From NCBI GenBank assembly GCA_964444705.1, contig CAYUHX010000003.1, forward strand, positions 3,248 through 67,247: DNA of 64,000 bases. The letters run 5' to 3'. How positions within the stretch are numbered: position 1 is the first letter of the stretch; each line of letters begins with the position of its first letter. Below, in pieces: positions 46,655 to 57,511 of the stretch. Both the position numbers and the translations under genes were made by a program. This DNA is from an uncultured Gammaproteobacteria bacterium (GTDB lineage: Bacteria; Patescibacteriota; Patescibacteriia; Magasanikbacterales; GWA2-37-8). The notes under the pieces are model-generated. The model worked only from the letters and a program-made list of their open reading frames with translations. It was not told the DNA's origin and ran no database searches.

Positions 46655-48874
46655 CTATTCCTGAGCAACCACTTCCTTTTTAAACCCACACTCTTTATCA
46701 CTACATTTTACCACATCTTTGCCGCCGAAGACGAGTAGTTTTGCGCACGTGGGGCACACTTCTCCTGTCGGCCTTTCCCACAATGCGAAATCACACGCTG
46801 GATAGCGATTGCACGAAAAAAATATTTTGCCGCGCTTACTCTTTTTCTGAATAAGGTCACCTTCTTTACAGGTGGGGCATTTCACATTCACTTTTATTTC
46901 GATCGCCTTAATATTTTTACAGGTTGGATAATTGCTGCACCCTAAGAATGGTCCAAAACGCCCGCGCTTAACCTGAAACGGTGAACCACATTTTTCACAC
47001 ACTTCACTACTAAGCTCGACTGGCATTATTTCTTTTGCTTCATCACCAAACGGTTTGGTGGTTTTGCATTCTGGATAACCAGTGCAGGCGAGAAACTTAC
47101 CAAATCGACCGCGCTTAATCACCATGGGTTTTCCACATTTTTCACATACTTCATCGGTCGCTTCTTCGGTAAGCGCTTTTTTGTTAAGCTCTTTATCTTT
47201 TATGTCTAAATTTTCTTTAAACGGATGATAAAATGCCGCAATCACTGGCTGCCATTTTTTTGCGCCTTCAGCGATCGCATCTAAGTCTTCTTCCATTTGG
47301 GCAGTAAATTGAAAATCAACTATCTGCGGAAAATGCGAGACGAGCAAATCATTCACCACGAGTGCAATTTCAAGCGGTTTAAGTTTTTTCTTTTCGTCAC
47401 GTTCTACATAACCACGATCTTCAATCGTTGCAATGGTTGGAGCGAATGTAGACGGACGCCCAATGCCATATTCCTCAAGCGCTTTCACCAAGGTGGCGTC
47501 GCTATAGCGGGCGGGTGGTTCAGTAAAATGCTGTTCGGGCGTGAGATTGGCACAATGCACTACGTCACGCTCACGCATTATAGGCAATGTATTTTCTTTT
47601 GTTTTTTCAGGAAAAAGTGTTAACCAACCTTCGAACACAACTGTTTGCCCAGTGGCGTGAAAACCATACTCATTACTACTCACCACATCAATCGAGGCGG
47701 CATTAAGCTCGGCATCAGCCATTTGCGTGGCTACTGCTCGTTTCCAAATAAGAGTATACAATCGCAATTGGTTTTTTTCTAAAAAAGGCGCCACCGATTC
47801 TGGAGTGCGACTCACCTCGGTTGGACGAATGGCTTCATGAGCTTCTTGGGCATTTTTAGCTTTGGTTTTAAAGTGTCGAGGTGACCCCACCGCATAACGA
47901 TCACCATAATCGCGACGAATTACCTCGGCCGCCTCAGCGACAAATTTTTCCGATAAATTCACCGCATCAGTACGCATGTAGGTAATAAGACCAACAGAAC
48001 CTTCTGTGCCAAGCTCTGTGCCTTCATACAGCTGCTGCGCAAGACGCATGGTTTGTTTGGCGGAGAAACCAAGGCTGTTGTTCGCTTCTTGCTGCAAAGA
48101 TGAAGTGGTAAACGGTGCGGCCGGTGCACGACGGGTGGCTTTTTCTTCCACGGCGCTCACGGTGTAGGTGACGCCGGTGAGTTCTTTTAAAATATCATCA
48201 ACCTGTTCTTTGTTTTTTAAATCAAGCTTATCAAGCTTTGTACCCTTGATTGAATTCAGTTTGGCAACAAATGAGTACTCTTTGGTAAATTCTGCTTCGA
48301 TGGTCCAATATTCATCGGCTTTAAAAGCCAGAATTTCACGCTCACGCTCGACCACGAGGCGCACTGCCACTGATTGCACACGACCGGCCGAAAGACCGCG
48401 CGCAATTTTGCGCCACAAAAAAGGTGATAAATTATACCCCACCAAACGATCAAGCACACGGCGCGCCTGCTGCGCATCCACCAAATTCAAATCAAGATGA
48501 CGAGGGTTTTCAATCGCATGCAAAATCGCTGGTTTGGTAATCTCATGAAAAGTAATGCGTTCAGCTTTTTCAGGGGCAATGTCTAAAATATGAGCAAGAT
48601 GGAATGAAATTGCTTCTCCCTCACGGTCTTCATCAGTTGCAAATAGCACGGTGTCTGATTTAGAAGCAGCCTCTTTGAGCTCTTTCACCACTTTTGCTTT
48701 GTCGCGGCTAACGAGATATTGCGGCTCAAAATTTTTCTCCACATCAACGCCGAGTTTACTTTTCGGTAAATCCCGCACATGACCAAAAGAAGACAAGACA
48801 CGATAGTTTTTGCTTAAAAATTTGGTGATTGTCTTAGCTTTAGTTGGCGACTCAACAATAACGAGAGTTTTCAT
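46655..48874 (-). CDS. topA: DNA topoisomerase I
   Basis: IVESPTKAKTI, DEDREGE, SAGRVQS, ITYMRTD, C-terminal zinc ribbons. Confidence 0.98.
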   Translation of the reverse strand: MKTLVIVESPTKAKTITKFLSKNYRVLSSFGHVRDLPKSKLGVDVEKNFEPQYLVSRDKAKVVKELKEAASKSDTVLFATDEDREGEAISFHLAHILDIAPEKAERITFHEITKPAILHAIENPRHLDLNLVDAQQARRVLDRLVGYNLSPFLWRKIARGLSAGRVQSVAVRLVVEREREILAFKADEYWTIEAEFTKEYSFVAKLNSIKGTKLDKLDLKNKEQVDDILKELTGVTYTVSAVEEKATRRAPAAPFTTSSLQQEANNSLGFSAKQTMRLAQQLYEGTELGTEGSVGLITYMRTDAVNLSEKFVAEAAEVIRRDYGDRYAVGSPRHFKTKAKNAQEAHEAIRPTEVSRTPESVAPFLEKNQLRLYTLIWKRAVATQMADAELNAASIDVVSSNEYGFHATGQTVVFEGWLTLFPEKTKENTLPIMRERDVVHCANLTPEQHFTEPPARYSDATLVKALEEYGIGRPSTFAPTIATIEDRGYVERDEKKKLKPLEIALVVNDLLVSHFPQIVDFQFTAQMEEDLDAIAEGAKKWQPVIAAFYHPFKENLDIKDKELNKKALTEEATDEVCEKCGKPMVIKRGRFGKFLACTGYPECKTTKPFGDEAKEIMPVELSSEVCEKCGSPFQVKRGRFGPFLGCSNYPTCKNIKAIEIKVNVKCPTCKEGDLIQKKSKRGKIFFSCNRYPACDFALWERPTGEVCPTCAKLLVFGGKDVVKCSDKECGFKKEVVAQE

Positions 48875-49052
48875 AGAAAAAACAAAAAACCGAGCTGAGG
48901 TGTAAGAGAAAGGGTAGTTTATTTACACCCGAGTGTCAAATGTGTCTTTTTTTTTAATCAAAAAGAGACTTTGTTACTTTTGATTGACAAAATGCCCTTT
49001 TTATGGTACTATATAACTAGTTTTTATCTAAATTAAGCTAAATTTAGATTGT

Positions 49053-49667
49053 ATGACTTCAGTAAGCCAGCCACCACGAGAACCTCGGCCAAGACGAACA
49101 GCACTAATGCCTGGCAGAAGACCGCCTATAAATTTTACTGCCCTTGATGCGGCGCAATCCGAGGCCGCGCCTCAAATAATAGTAGCTGAATCTTTTGACA
49201 CTGAAACTCGAATTAATGCAATTAAATTTAACCTTTTACTCCAGCATCCTGATTTAAAAATCTTGCTTGATCTTTCAGACAAACGCTACGAAGCTGCACT
49301 TAAAACTTTAGTGGCATTTCAAAAAATTATTGCCACTGACTTACAAAAAATTAAAGCTGCACGCCAGGAAATACGCACCTACAACGCACATTATTTCGAC
49401 ACAACTCAAGCGGAGGCCAGAGCTACACTACAAGAAAAATTCAATTTTATTATTAATGAACTAACCACAGCATTGCGACGCGAAGAAAGAATTAAAAATA
49501 CTGACGAAACGAAAGAAGCACGTCCTAACCAGGTAACATTAGATTATACTGTTCCTCAAAGAAAAGGCGAGGATAAAACGCGTCCACGTCGCGAGACGAT
49601 TACTCTCAGCGAACAAGATCATCAACTGATGATTAACATCATCAAAGGAGCATCTGGCCCAAAATAA
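49053..49667 (+). CDS. Hypothetical protein
   Basis: 204-aa ORF with upstream TTGACA promoter and downstream terminator. Confidence 0.7.
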   Translation: MTSVSQPPREPRPRRTALMPGRRPPINFTALDAAQSEAAPQIIVAESFDTETRINAIKFNLLLQHPDLKILLDLSDKRYEAALKTLVAFQKIIATDLQKIKAARQEIRTYNAHYFDTTQAEARATLQEKFNFIINELTTALRREERIKNTDETKEARPNQVTLDYTVPQRKGEDKTRPRRETITLSEQDHQLMINIIKGASGPK

Positions 49668-49680
49668 AATCCACTCAATA

Positions 49681-49711
49681 AAATAGACCGTTTTAATTAA
49701 ACGGTCTATTT
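49681..49711. terminator. Bidirectional terminator
   Basis: aaatagaccgttt-taatt-aaacggtctattt. Confidence 0.8.
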
Positions 49712-50793
49712 TATTTTCTCACATATTTCATGCCGCCTACATTTTTCACCTGCTGTTTGAGTTCAAGCAGCATAAGCGTGCTGTTGACGGTGGTGCTGTC
49801 GAGGCGGGTAAATTTGGTGAGTTCGTCGATATGCACTGGTTCAGTACTTAAGGCCGAGAGAAGCAATTCTTCGGTGGGAGAACAATTAAACGGTGTAGTT
49901 TTCGCTACTTCTTTTTGAGTAGTATGAAGGTGGAGCGCTTCTAAAATATCTTCAGCCTTAGTGACGAGTAGCGCTCCTTTTTTAAGGAGATTATTATTGC
50001 CCACGCCGGAGAGCGAGGTGATAGGATGTGGCACTGCACAGACTTCACGGTTATAATCAAGTGCTGCGCGAGCCGTGATGAGTGCGCCAGATTCTTCTGG
50101 AGCTTCTATCACCAAGGTTCCTAAAGTGAGACCGGCGATGATGCGATTGCGCGCGGGAAAAGAGTATTGTGTCGGTGCAAAATCAGGCGGATATTCAGAC
50201 ACAAGCGCCCCACCTTCAGAAGCGATGCGTTCGGCCAGCGATTCGTGCTCCCGCGGATAGACACTTTTTTTTGCATTACCACTCCCAAGCACGGCAATAG
50301 TGCGTCCCTGGCAACGTAGAGTAGTTTCGTGCGCCAATCCATCAATGCCAAGTGCGAGGCCACTCACAATGGTAATTCCCTGACTCACAAGTTCAGTCAC
50401 CAATTGCTCGGTAATTTGTTTTCCATAACTCGTGGCGCGACGCGTACCCACTACGGCAAGTGGCGAAGAAGTGCACAACACCGAAAGATCACCCCGAACG
50501 AATATTGTTTGTGGTGGATCAGAAATTTCTGCAAGTAATCGCGGATAACGGGCGTCACCCCACGAAATAACGGTAATATTTTCTTTACGTAGTCGCTCTA
50601 AAATTTTTTCTGGATCGGTTTGATCACGCCAACGCACAAATTCATCAGCAATGGCTGGTTCAAACCCAGACTCTACCAACTCACCCAATTCTCCCTGCCA
50701 CATTTTTTCGGAAGTACCCATTTTCGTCAACGCTTTTTTGTAGCGATGATAGGTCATTTTAGGAAAATGGGCGATGACCGCGGCGTAATCCAT
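49711..50793 (-). CDS. dprA: DNA-processing protein DprA
   Basis: AVVGTR, VSGLALGIDG, FPARNRII, SGALIT, winged-helix tail. Confidence 0.96.
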   Translation of the reverse strand: MDYAAVIAHFPKMTYHRYKKALTKMGTSEKMWQGELGELVESGFEPAIADEFVRWRDQTDPEKILERLRKENITVISWGDARYPRLLAEISDPPQTIFVRGDLSVLCTSSPLAVVGTRRATSYGKQITEQLVTELVSQGITIVSGLALGIDGLAHETTLRCQGRTIAVLGSGNAKKSVYPREHESLAERIASEGGALVSEYPPDFAPTQYSFPARNRIIAGLTLGTLVIEAPEESGALITARAALDYNREVCAVPHPITSLSGVGNNNLLKKGALLVTKAEDILEALHLHTTQKEVAKTTPFNCSPTEELLLSALSTEPVHIDELTKFTRLDSTTVNSTLMLLELKQQVKNVGGMKYVRK

Positions 50794-50800
50794 ACAACGA

Positions 50801-51337
50801 CTACTGAAGAATAAACCGTGCCACTTCAGCCAACACATGACCGACGGTGGAATGAAGTAGACGCTCTTCTTCGGGAGTAAATTTTCCTAACACAAAACCA
50901 GCGGTATCTTTAATATCTTCCGGACGCTCGGGAGCAACACCCACGCGTATACGCATAAAATCTTGCGTACCAAGTTCTTCTATAATTGAACGCACGCCAT
51001 TATGCCCGGCCGGACCACGATTGGACTGTATTCGATAGGTACCAAGCGGAATATCTTTTTCATCATGAATGACGAGAAGTTCGGCGGGAGTGAGTTTGTA
51101 AAAGGCCAATGCGTCTCGCACCGCTCGACCAGAATTGTTCATGAACGTGGTGGGTTTTAAGAGCAGCGCTCTTTTTTGTTGCACCAGTACACGACTTACC
51201 TCAGCGGCTAATTTATGTTCTCGACTCCAGACGCCATGCTCCTCAGCGCTCAATGCATCAACCACTACAAAACCTGCGTTGTGGCGCGTGCGCTCATATT
51301 CTTTTCCCGGGTTCCCAAGACCAACGATCAATTTCAT
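50801..51337 (-). CDS. pth: Peptidyl-tRNA hydrolase
   Basis: GLGNPG, TRHNAGF, KPTTFMNNSG, GHNGVRS. Confidence 0.96.
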   Translation of the reverse strand: MKLIVGLGNPGKEYERTRHNAGFVVVDALSAEEHGVWSREHKLAAEVSRVLVQQKRALLLKPTTFMNNSGRAVRDALAFYKLTPAELLVIHDEKDIPLGTYRIQSNRGPAGHNGVRSIIEELGTQDFMRIRVGVAPERPEDIKDTAGFVLGKFTPEEERLLHSTVGHVLAEVARFILQ

Positions 51338-51368
51338 ACCACTTAAAATAATAGTGTGAAGGCGCGTG

Positions 51369-52742
51369 CTAACGAGCAATTTTGGTGAGTTTGATGATAA
51401 TCGGCGCTGCATAAAAACCGAATTCTTCGCGCAGACGATTTTCTAGATAGTGCACGTACGAAAAATGCAGCGATGTTTTAAATTTGATAAACAATTCAAA
51501 AATAGGTGGGCCCGCATTGATCTGAATGAAGTCGGTGATTTGTGGATGTCGCACACCTTTACCGCGAGCAGGTCGATGCTTCTTCACCACACGCTGAATA
51601 AAGGCACGCAAAATTTCAGGATCAATCGTGGTAAGACGTTCTTTGGCTGCCTGCGCAATAGCCGGAAAAATATCGTGCACACGGTAACTGGTTTTGGCGC
51701 TGACAAATACAATCGGCGCAAAATCAAGATGGGGAAATTTAGAATAAATCATTTTTTTGGTTTCGTTGCGTGATTCATCGCTGTTGTCTTCAGCTTGATC
51801 CCATTTATTCACCACCAAAATAACACTGCGTGAATGTTCGCGAAGAAGTCCGGCTAGTTGTTGATCTTGATCAGTGATTGGTTCAGTGGCATCAAGAATA
51901 AGAAGCACAATGTCGGCGCGATCAATGGATTGTATGCTTTTGTTAATACCAATTTTCTCGAGCTCGCCAGCAACTTTGGTTTTGCGCCGAATACCCGCAG
52001 TGTCGATAAATAACAATGGGCCATATTCTGCGGTGTCGACTAGTGTGTCATGAGGCTCGCGCGTAGTGTGCGCGACAGGGCTCACAATCACCCGTTCTTC
52101 CCCGATAAGTTTATTAAATAATGATGATTTGCCCACATTCGGACGACCCATTAGCGCTATCTTTACAGGTTCAATTTCTTTTTTTAAACGAGGTGTTCGC
52201 TTCAGTGTTTTAAACAACGCATACACACGATCGAGTAAATCACCAAGATTGTTGCCACTGGCCGCACTGACCGGAAATGGTGTACCCAGATTAAGCGCTA
52301 ACCATTCACGATTGTGCACCTCATCTTTAAGACGTGCTGAATCGGTCTTGTTGGCAATGAGTAAAATTGGTTTGTGTGGAACTTTGCTTTTGAGCAAACG
52401 CACTAATTCTTTTTCTTGCGGCAATAAACCAGTCTGAATATCAACCACCATCACCACCACATCTGCCTCTTTAAGCGCGATTTCGGTTTGTGAAATAATT
52501 TCTTTTTCGAGCGGCACTTCTTCAGAAAATGTTAAACCACCAGTATCAATAAGACGAAACTGTTTACCGCGCCAAACTGGATATCCTACATTACGCGTAC
52601 GCGTGGTGCCTGCAATGTCTGACACCAAGGCATGATTAGTTTCGGTCAAACGATTGAAAAGAGTTGATTTACCAACATTCACTCGCCCTACCAATACCAC
52701 CGTCGGTAAGTCGTGATCAATGATTGAAGCGGGAGTGGCCAT
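51369..52742 (-). CDS. der: Ribosome biogenesis GTPase Der/EngA
   Basis: Two tandem GTPase domains (GRVNVGKS, GRPNVGKS). Confidence 0.95.
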   Translation of the reverse strand: MATPASIIDHDLPTVVLVGRVNVGKSTLFNRLTETNHALVSDIAGTTRTRNVGYPVWRGKQFRLIDTGGLTFSEEVPLEKEIISQTEIALKEADVVVMVVDIQTGLLPQEKELVRLLKSKVPHKPILLIANKTDSARLKDEVHNREWLALNLGTPFPVSAASGNNLGDLLDRVYALFKTLKRTPRLKKEIEPVKIALMGRPNVGKSSLFNKLIGEERVIVSPVAHTTREPHDTLVDTAEYGPLLFIDTAGIRRKTKVAGELEKIGINKSIQSIDRADIVLLILDATEPITDQDQQLAGLLREHSRSVILVVNKWDQAEDNSDESRNETKKMIYSKFPHLDFAPIVFVSAKTSYRVHDIFPAIAQAAKERLTTIDPEILRAFIQRVVKKHRPARGKGVRHPQITDFIQINAGPPIFELFIKFKTSLHFSYVHYLENRLREEFGFYAAPIIIKLTKIAR

Positions 52743-52767
52743 AGACAATAGTTAACAACTAAAAAAT

Positions 52768-54258
52768 TTAAAGAGAAAAATCAGTGCCGAGCAAAATAAG
52801 CACATCAGGTTTTTGATTTGAGGGAGAAATGATTTCTACCCATTCTGGTACTTCAGTGGTAAATTCGGCTTTTACTATTTGTCTCACCCCAGTGAAAAGC
52901 TCGGGCGAAAGAGCGTGATTTAATACAAAAATAGTCGTGGTGGCAAAAGGTCTTTTTTGACTATTCCCCACCGAACCAACTTCAAATCCTTTTTCCACAA
53001 ACTTGCTTTCGAGACGACGAGCCAACCCCGCCTTCCAGGTTCCATTTTGAATCTCAATAATTGGCCCATGCGTGGTGGTTGTCACCCCATTAGACGAAAG
53101 ACTGCTTAGGGCTGGAATATTCTCTGTGGGTGCACGCGGCGTTACAGCAGCTGTTTCGATGACGTCATTTTTTTCAAACACATTTGCAATAGCCTGATTA
53201 ATCGCGTTGAAATTACCGGTGCGTGGCGACAAAATATACGCACCTGCAACACCTGTGCCTGGCACCAAATATCCTCCCACACTATCATCAAACACCAAAT
53301 GCTTCATCGCATTGATGTCTTTACCCATCCCTCCCAAATACAACATTTGCTCTAGTGAAAGATTGGTAACAAGATGATTTGAAAGAATAGTAAGAATTTT
53401 TTTAATGCGGACGGGATTCGCAATCGTTCCCGCAGAAAGCAATTTTTCTTTCAAAGCAACAAGCACTAATTGTTGACGACGAGCACGCGCAAAATCAGAT
53501 CCCTCACCATTATTACCATGGCGACTCCGCGCAAAGGTTAATGCCCGCTCTCCATTCATGGTTTCCACGCCTTGGGTAAAATTCACTGTGCGATAGCTGT
53601 AATTAGGTCCTGGAAATTGCGTGTCTAAAAAGCTTTTTGGAACATTGATAGTGACACCACCAACTTCATCAATAATTTCTTGAAAGGCTTTAAAATCAAT
53701 TCGTACATAATACGGAATGGTGAGTGCAAATGTTTTTTCAAATAATTTCTGACTGAATTCAGCGCCATTACCAGGACTTTTTGCCTCACCAATAGCATCA
53801 GCACTATTAATTTTTCGCCAACCAAACCCCTCTATATTTACCCCCAAATCACGGGGAATAGAAATCATGGCCACTTCTTTTGTGCTCGGTTTAAGGCTTA
53901 AAATTAAATTAGTATCGCTTAAAAATGGACCATCTTGCCCCGGCCCACCAATTCCAAGAACAAGTACATTAACTCGATCTTCTTTCTCTCCTTGCAGATC
54001 AACTACCGGTGCGATGAGAAAATTTTTAACAGACTGAAAAATACTCCATCGTTGTGGAGTAAGGATCCGACCATTGTGCACACCTTCTAGACCTGTTTCA
54101 TGCGCAGACACGACGCTATACACGCTGTATACTAAAATACACACGCTTACCACGCCTATCCACCATTCCCACCATTTTCGACGGTTGGGAGATTCAGGAG
54201 ATAGCGGCTGACCGCTTGGCCGGAGAAAATTAGTTGAATGAGTTGATTGAGGCAACAT
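52768..54258 (-). CDS. LytR-CpsA-Psr family protein with LytR_C tail
   Basis: SDTNLI, SIPRDL, RSRHG, SDFARARRQQ, NGTWKAGLA. Confidence 0.92.
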   Translation of the reverse strand: MLPQSTHSTNFLRPSGQPLSPESPNRRKWWEWWIGVVSVCILVYSVYSVVSAHETGLEGVHNGRILTPQRWSIFQSVKNFLIAPVVDLQGEKEDRVNVLVLGIGGPGQDGPFLSDTNLILSLKPSTKEVAMISIPRDLGVNIEGFGWRKINSADAIGEAKSPGNGAEFSQKLFEKTFALTIPYYVRIDFKAFQEIIDEVGGVTINVPKSFLDTQFPGPNYSYRTVNFTQGVETMNGERALTFARSRHGNNGEGSDFARARRQQLVLVALKEKLLSAGTIANPVRIKKILTILSNHLVTNLSLEQMLYLGGMGKDINAMKHLVFDDSVGGYLVPGTGVAGAYILSPRTGNFNAINQAIANVFEKNDVIETAAVTPRAPTENIPALSSLSSNGVTTTTHGPIIEIQNGTWKAGLARRLESKFVEKGFEVGSVGNSQKRPFATTTIFVLNHALSPELFTGVRQIVKAEFTTEVPEWVEIISPSNQKPDVLILLGTDFSL

Positions 54259-54391
54259 GGGGGGAGCATACCACAAGAAGCAGCTTATTTCAACGCCTAC
54301 AACCAGACTTCCCTTGAACGGTAGAAGAGAGATATGCTATAGTGTATTCACCTAAATTAGGTGGGCCTTACTTTGTTTCCGATCAAGAAAA

Positions 54392-54468
54392 GGGTGTTTA
54401 GCTCAGTTGGTTAGAGCGTTGCATTCACATTGCAAAGGTCGCAGGTTCGAATCCTGCAATACCCACCA
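54392..54468 (+). tRNA. tRNA-Val(CAC)
   Basis: Cloverleaf; anticodon stem ttgca/tgcaa, loop TTCACAT; CCA. Confidence 0.95.
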
Positions 54469-54491
54469 CTTCACTTGGTTTTTTTCTTCTT

Positions 54492-54998
54492 ATGCCCAAA
54501 GATCTCATCATTGAAGACGCCCCTATCGGTGACGTGCAATATGAATGGGTTTTTAATGAGTATACCCAATTTGAACGCAGCCGCCGATGGTATATCGTCA
54601 TGGGTATTTTTGGTACACTTCTCGTGGCAACCGGTGTTCTTACGGGCAATTACATGTTTGCTTTCATCATCATTTTGGCTGGTGTGATTCTTTTCTTGCA
54701 AGAAATGCAAACTCCCCCCGAAGTATACTTTGCCATTACAACTACCGGCATCATCCTCGGCACCAAATTCTTTCGCTATCGCGAACTCGACCGTTTTTGG
54801 ATTCTCTACACCTCTGAAGAAGTACGTAGCCTTTATTTTATCCTGAACAATAATTTAAAAAATCGCCTGCAAATTCCTCTACTCGACTATGATCCGGCCC
54901 CAATTCGTGATTTCCTCAAACAATATGTTCTTGAAGATTTAGACGAAGAGGACGAACCATTGTCTGAACGTTTTTCTCGCGCCATGCGCTTACAATAG
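54492..54998 (+). CDS. Two-TM hypothetical protein with PH-like C-terminus
   Basis: 168-aa ORF, TM hairpin then beta-rich region. Confidence 0.75.
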   Translation: MPKDLIIEDAPIGDVQYEWVFNEYTQFERSRRWYIVMGIFGTLLVATGVLTGNYMFAFIIILAGVILFLQEMQTPPEVYFAITTTGIILGTKFFRYRELDRFWILYTSEEVRSLYFILNNNLKNRLQIPLLDYDPAPIRDFLKQYVLEDLDEEDEPLSERFSRAMRLQ

Positions 54999-55095
54999 GC
55001 ATTTTTTGACACACTTTCCCCTACCCAAGTCGGCACATCCCTGCCGGCTTGATTTTTGTTTAGTGCTTTGGTATAGTGCTACCGTTATCGTTCAC

Positions 55096-55170
55096 GCACC
55101 CGTCGTTCAATGGATAGGACATTGGCCTGCGAAGCCGAAAATTTAGGTTCGACTCCTAACGGGTGCACCA
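55096..55170 (+). tRNA. tRNA-Arg(GCG)
   Basis: Cloverleaf; stem ttggc/gccga, loop CTGCGAA; CCA. Confidence 0.93.
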
Positions 55171-55172
55171 AC

Positions 55173-55201
55173 AAAATAACAGCTCAATGAGCTGTTATTT
55201 T
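55173..55201. terminator. Bidirectional terminator
   Basis: aaaataacagctca/tgagctgttatttt. Confidence 0.8.
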
Positions 55202-55213
55202 TATACGACGTTT

Positions 55214-56047
55214 TTAAAAAAGCGGCTTTCTATTTGGCGACAGCTCTACAGTTGGTGCATTGCTAAAACCTGTGTATATATTATCGTCGTGAGTAGGTGA
55301 AGCAGGCAATGGTTCGGGTTCACTTTTTTCAACATCATCTTCTAAGGGTTCTTCGCCCTCAAATATTTCCTCTTCAGGTTCTCGAGTAGAAATTTTCTTT
55401 GCGTCATTGGCTGTTACAGTTTCCCCCTCTTTAATATCAAAATAAACGCTGAGCGGTTTATTTTTTTCTCTTCTCACTGCTCGCCCGGCATCCTTATTTG
55501 TATACAACCGCCAGTCAAACTTATGCAGCATATCAGGCTCAATCTTTGACATCTCTTCACTGCTAAATGGCACCGCAAGCTTAGTACCTAATTCCATAGC
55601 CCAATGCTCTGCATCTTCTTCTTTGAATTTAAAATCTTCACTCTCAACCAGATGGTCCCGAATAGCCACCACTGATGGCAAGCGAAAAAGAATTGGTCCG
55701 TGGCGAGTGATAGCGGCTTGACTAAAACAGGCTGGATCAAGCCCGCTTAGAAAACTTTTAAATTGCTTATACGTTATTGCTCCAGTCAATTTTTCCATTT
55801 CTAAGGCCTTTTTTGCCGCCAACTCACCCGGAAGTCCAAGCTCTTCTAATCGCTTCTCAAGCGCAGCCGTTGTTTTTAACTGAAACAACTCAGCTGCATA
55901 ATAATCAATTACCTTGGAAGGGAAAATTTTTTTATCAATTAAAAATTGTTTAAACCGCGCAAAAGAAATTTTCACCTCAGGTGGAAGTGGTGGCGGAAGA
56001 GCATCAGGTCTTTGAAGTAATTGTGGTTGTTCTTTTCTTTTTTGCAT
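55214..56047 (-). CDS. Hypothetical protein with a duplicated helical module and acidic tail
   Basis: ISFARFKQFL... and ITYKQFKSFL... related segments; start at MQKRKE. Confidence 0.7.
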   Translation of the reverse strand: MQKRKEQPQLLQRPDALPPPLPPEVKISFARFKQFLIDKKIFPSKVIDYYAAELFQLKTTAALEKRLEELGLPGELAAKKALEMEKLTGAITYKQFKSFLSGLDPACFSQAAITRHGPILFRLPSVVAIRDHLVESEDFKFKEEDAEHWAMELGTKLAVPFSSEEMSKIEPDMLHKFDWRLYTNKDAGRAVRREKNKPLSVYFDIKEGETVTANDAKKISTREPEEEIFEGEEPLEDDVEKSEPEPLPASPTHDDNIYTGFSNAPTVELSPNRKPLF

Positions 56048-56128
56048 AGAAAAATGGTGTGCACAATGTTTTATCTCTTCAGAGATTATAGTATAGTACA
56101 AAATCATTACAATTTCTAATGATTAATT

Positions 56129-56374
56129 ATGACTACCCCACATAAAACTATTCAAGTTGGTGACATCTACGAACATTACAAACGCCCACATCGCTATGAA
56201 ATAGTGGCCATTGCCCACGACCACGAGTCGCTAGCTGAAGTGGTGGTGTATAAAGGATTATATACCCACCCCGAGCTGGGCGAAAATGCATTGTGGGTGC
56301 GGCCAAAAACGATGTTTTTAGAAGAGGTAGAATTTGAAGGAAAAAAAATGCAGCGATTTAAAAGAATTGGCTAA
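56129..56374 (+). CDS. DUF1653 family protein
   Basis: YEHYK...VVYKGLY...LWVRPKTMFLE...RF. Confidence 0.9.
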   Translation: MTTPHKTIQVGDIYEHYKRPHRYEIVAIAHDHESLAEVVVYKGLYTHPELGENALWVRPKTMFLEEVEFEGKKMQRFKRIG

Positions 56375-56386
56375 AAAATTACCTTT

Positions 56387-56419
56387 AAAAAACTCACCTG
56401 GATTTCAAGTGAGTTTTTT
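56387..56419. terminator. Bidirectional terminator closing cassette 4
   Basis: aaaaactcac/gtgagttttt stem. Confidence 0.8.
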
Positions 56420-56633
56420 ATTGCGCAACCATTTAGCATCACTCAATTCAATCACTTCTCGTCGAAGAAAAAATTCTCCCTTTGGCTCGGATAAAGATTC
56501 CGGACAAAAGGGCGAACGACGAGGGGTGGCGGAAGAACAATGCGGCGGCGCCCCCAGCAGTGCGATGCTGCTGGCCGGAGGCGCGACTGCGCGCTGAGTT
56601 GGGATGGTCCAGAGTCCGCGCCGTGCCCGTGGG

Positions 56634-57221
56634 TTACGGGGTGGGGGCGGCCGGCGCCACCTGCTGCGCGATGATCCAGTCCACCGTCAAGAAACTGCCG
56701 CCACCGCGCTTCAGGATGGGCGCGTACTTATCATAGTACGCCTGCGTGATACGCACCGCGGCCTGCCCCCCCAGCTGCACGTAGGTCGGGGACGGCCAGA
56801 GGGTCGGATACTCGGAGGGCGAAAGGTAGCTGTCGCACGTCTGGCCGACCATCCCGAACTTCGCGCAGGGGGCGGGTCCGTGGGCGGTGACCTGGACCAG
56901 GAAGACGGTGGACGAACTGAGAGGGAAGCTGGCCTTGTCCGACGGCGTGAAGTAGCAGGCGGTGACCGACGTCGTCCGCTGCTCATTCAGCCCCTTCGCC
57001 TCGTACTGGCAGGACCACTCGCCGTCCTTGGTGGGGCCGGGGGTGACGATGAACTGGACCAGGCCATCGTACTGCTGCAGAGAGGGGGGGAAGACGAAGT
57101 CGAACTCGTATGGGGTGACGACGTCGCCCTTTCCACCGCAGCCGGCGCTACCCATGGCGAGGGCCAGGGCGATGCCGAGGACGAAGGAACGACCCTTGTT
57201 CTGATTCTTGCTGTCACGCAT
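56634..57221 (-). CDS. Putative lipoprotein (high-GC cassette 4)
   Basis: SD aggag; signal peptide with SAGC lipobox; GC-ending codons. Confidence 0.8.
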   Translation of the reverse strand: MRDSKNQNKGRSFVLGIALALAMGSAGCGGKGDVVTPYEFDFVFPPSLQQYDGLVQFIVTPGPTKDGEWSCQYEAKGLNEQRTTSVTACYFTPSDKASFPLSSSTVFLVQVTAHGPAPCAKFGMVGQTCDSYLSPSEYPTLWPSPTYVQLGGQAAVRITQAYYDKYAPILKRGGGSFLTVDWIIAQQVAPAAPTP

Positions 57222-57419
57222 CGGAAACACTCTCCTGTAGATTATTCATGCTTCCCTCTCAGCCAACCGAAGCCGAGGGAACAATGGCAAGGACCTAAAA
57301 ACATCTCTGTCTCCAGGCGGTTAAAGAAGCACTTTTTTAAAAAGAAATTCTTCAGCCGCCTGGAAAAAATTGGAAAAGATCAAATGTTATTACCCTTAAA
57401 CCAAAGATAACAACAAATC

Positions 57420-57448
57420 AAACTAACATACTGTTTAGTAGCTGTCAA
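57420..57448 (-). promoter_or_regulatory. Promoter of cassette 4
   Basis: TTGACA-17nt-TAGTTT with TG extension. Confidence 0.65.
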
Positions 57449-57511
57449 GCTATTGTCGAGATAGTTTTATTCTATTTTGTTTATTCTTAGCCAAATATTA
57501 TTTTTTACCCC

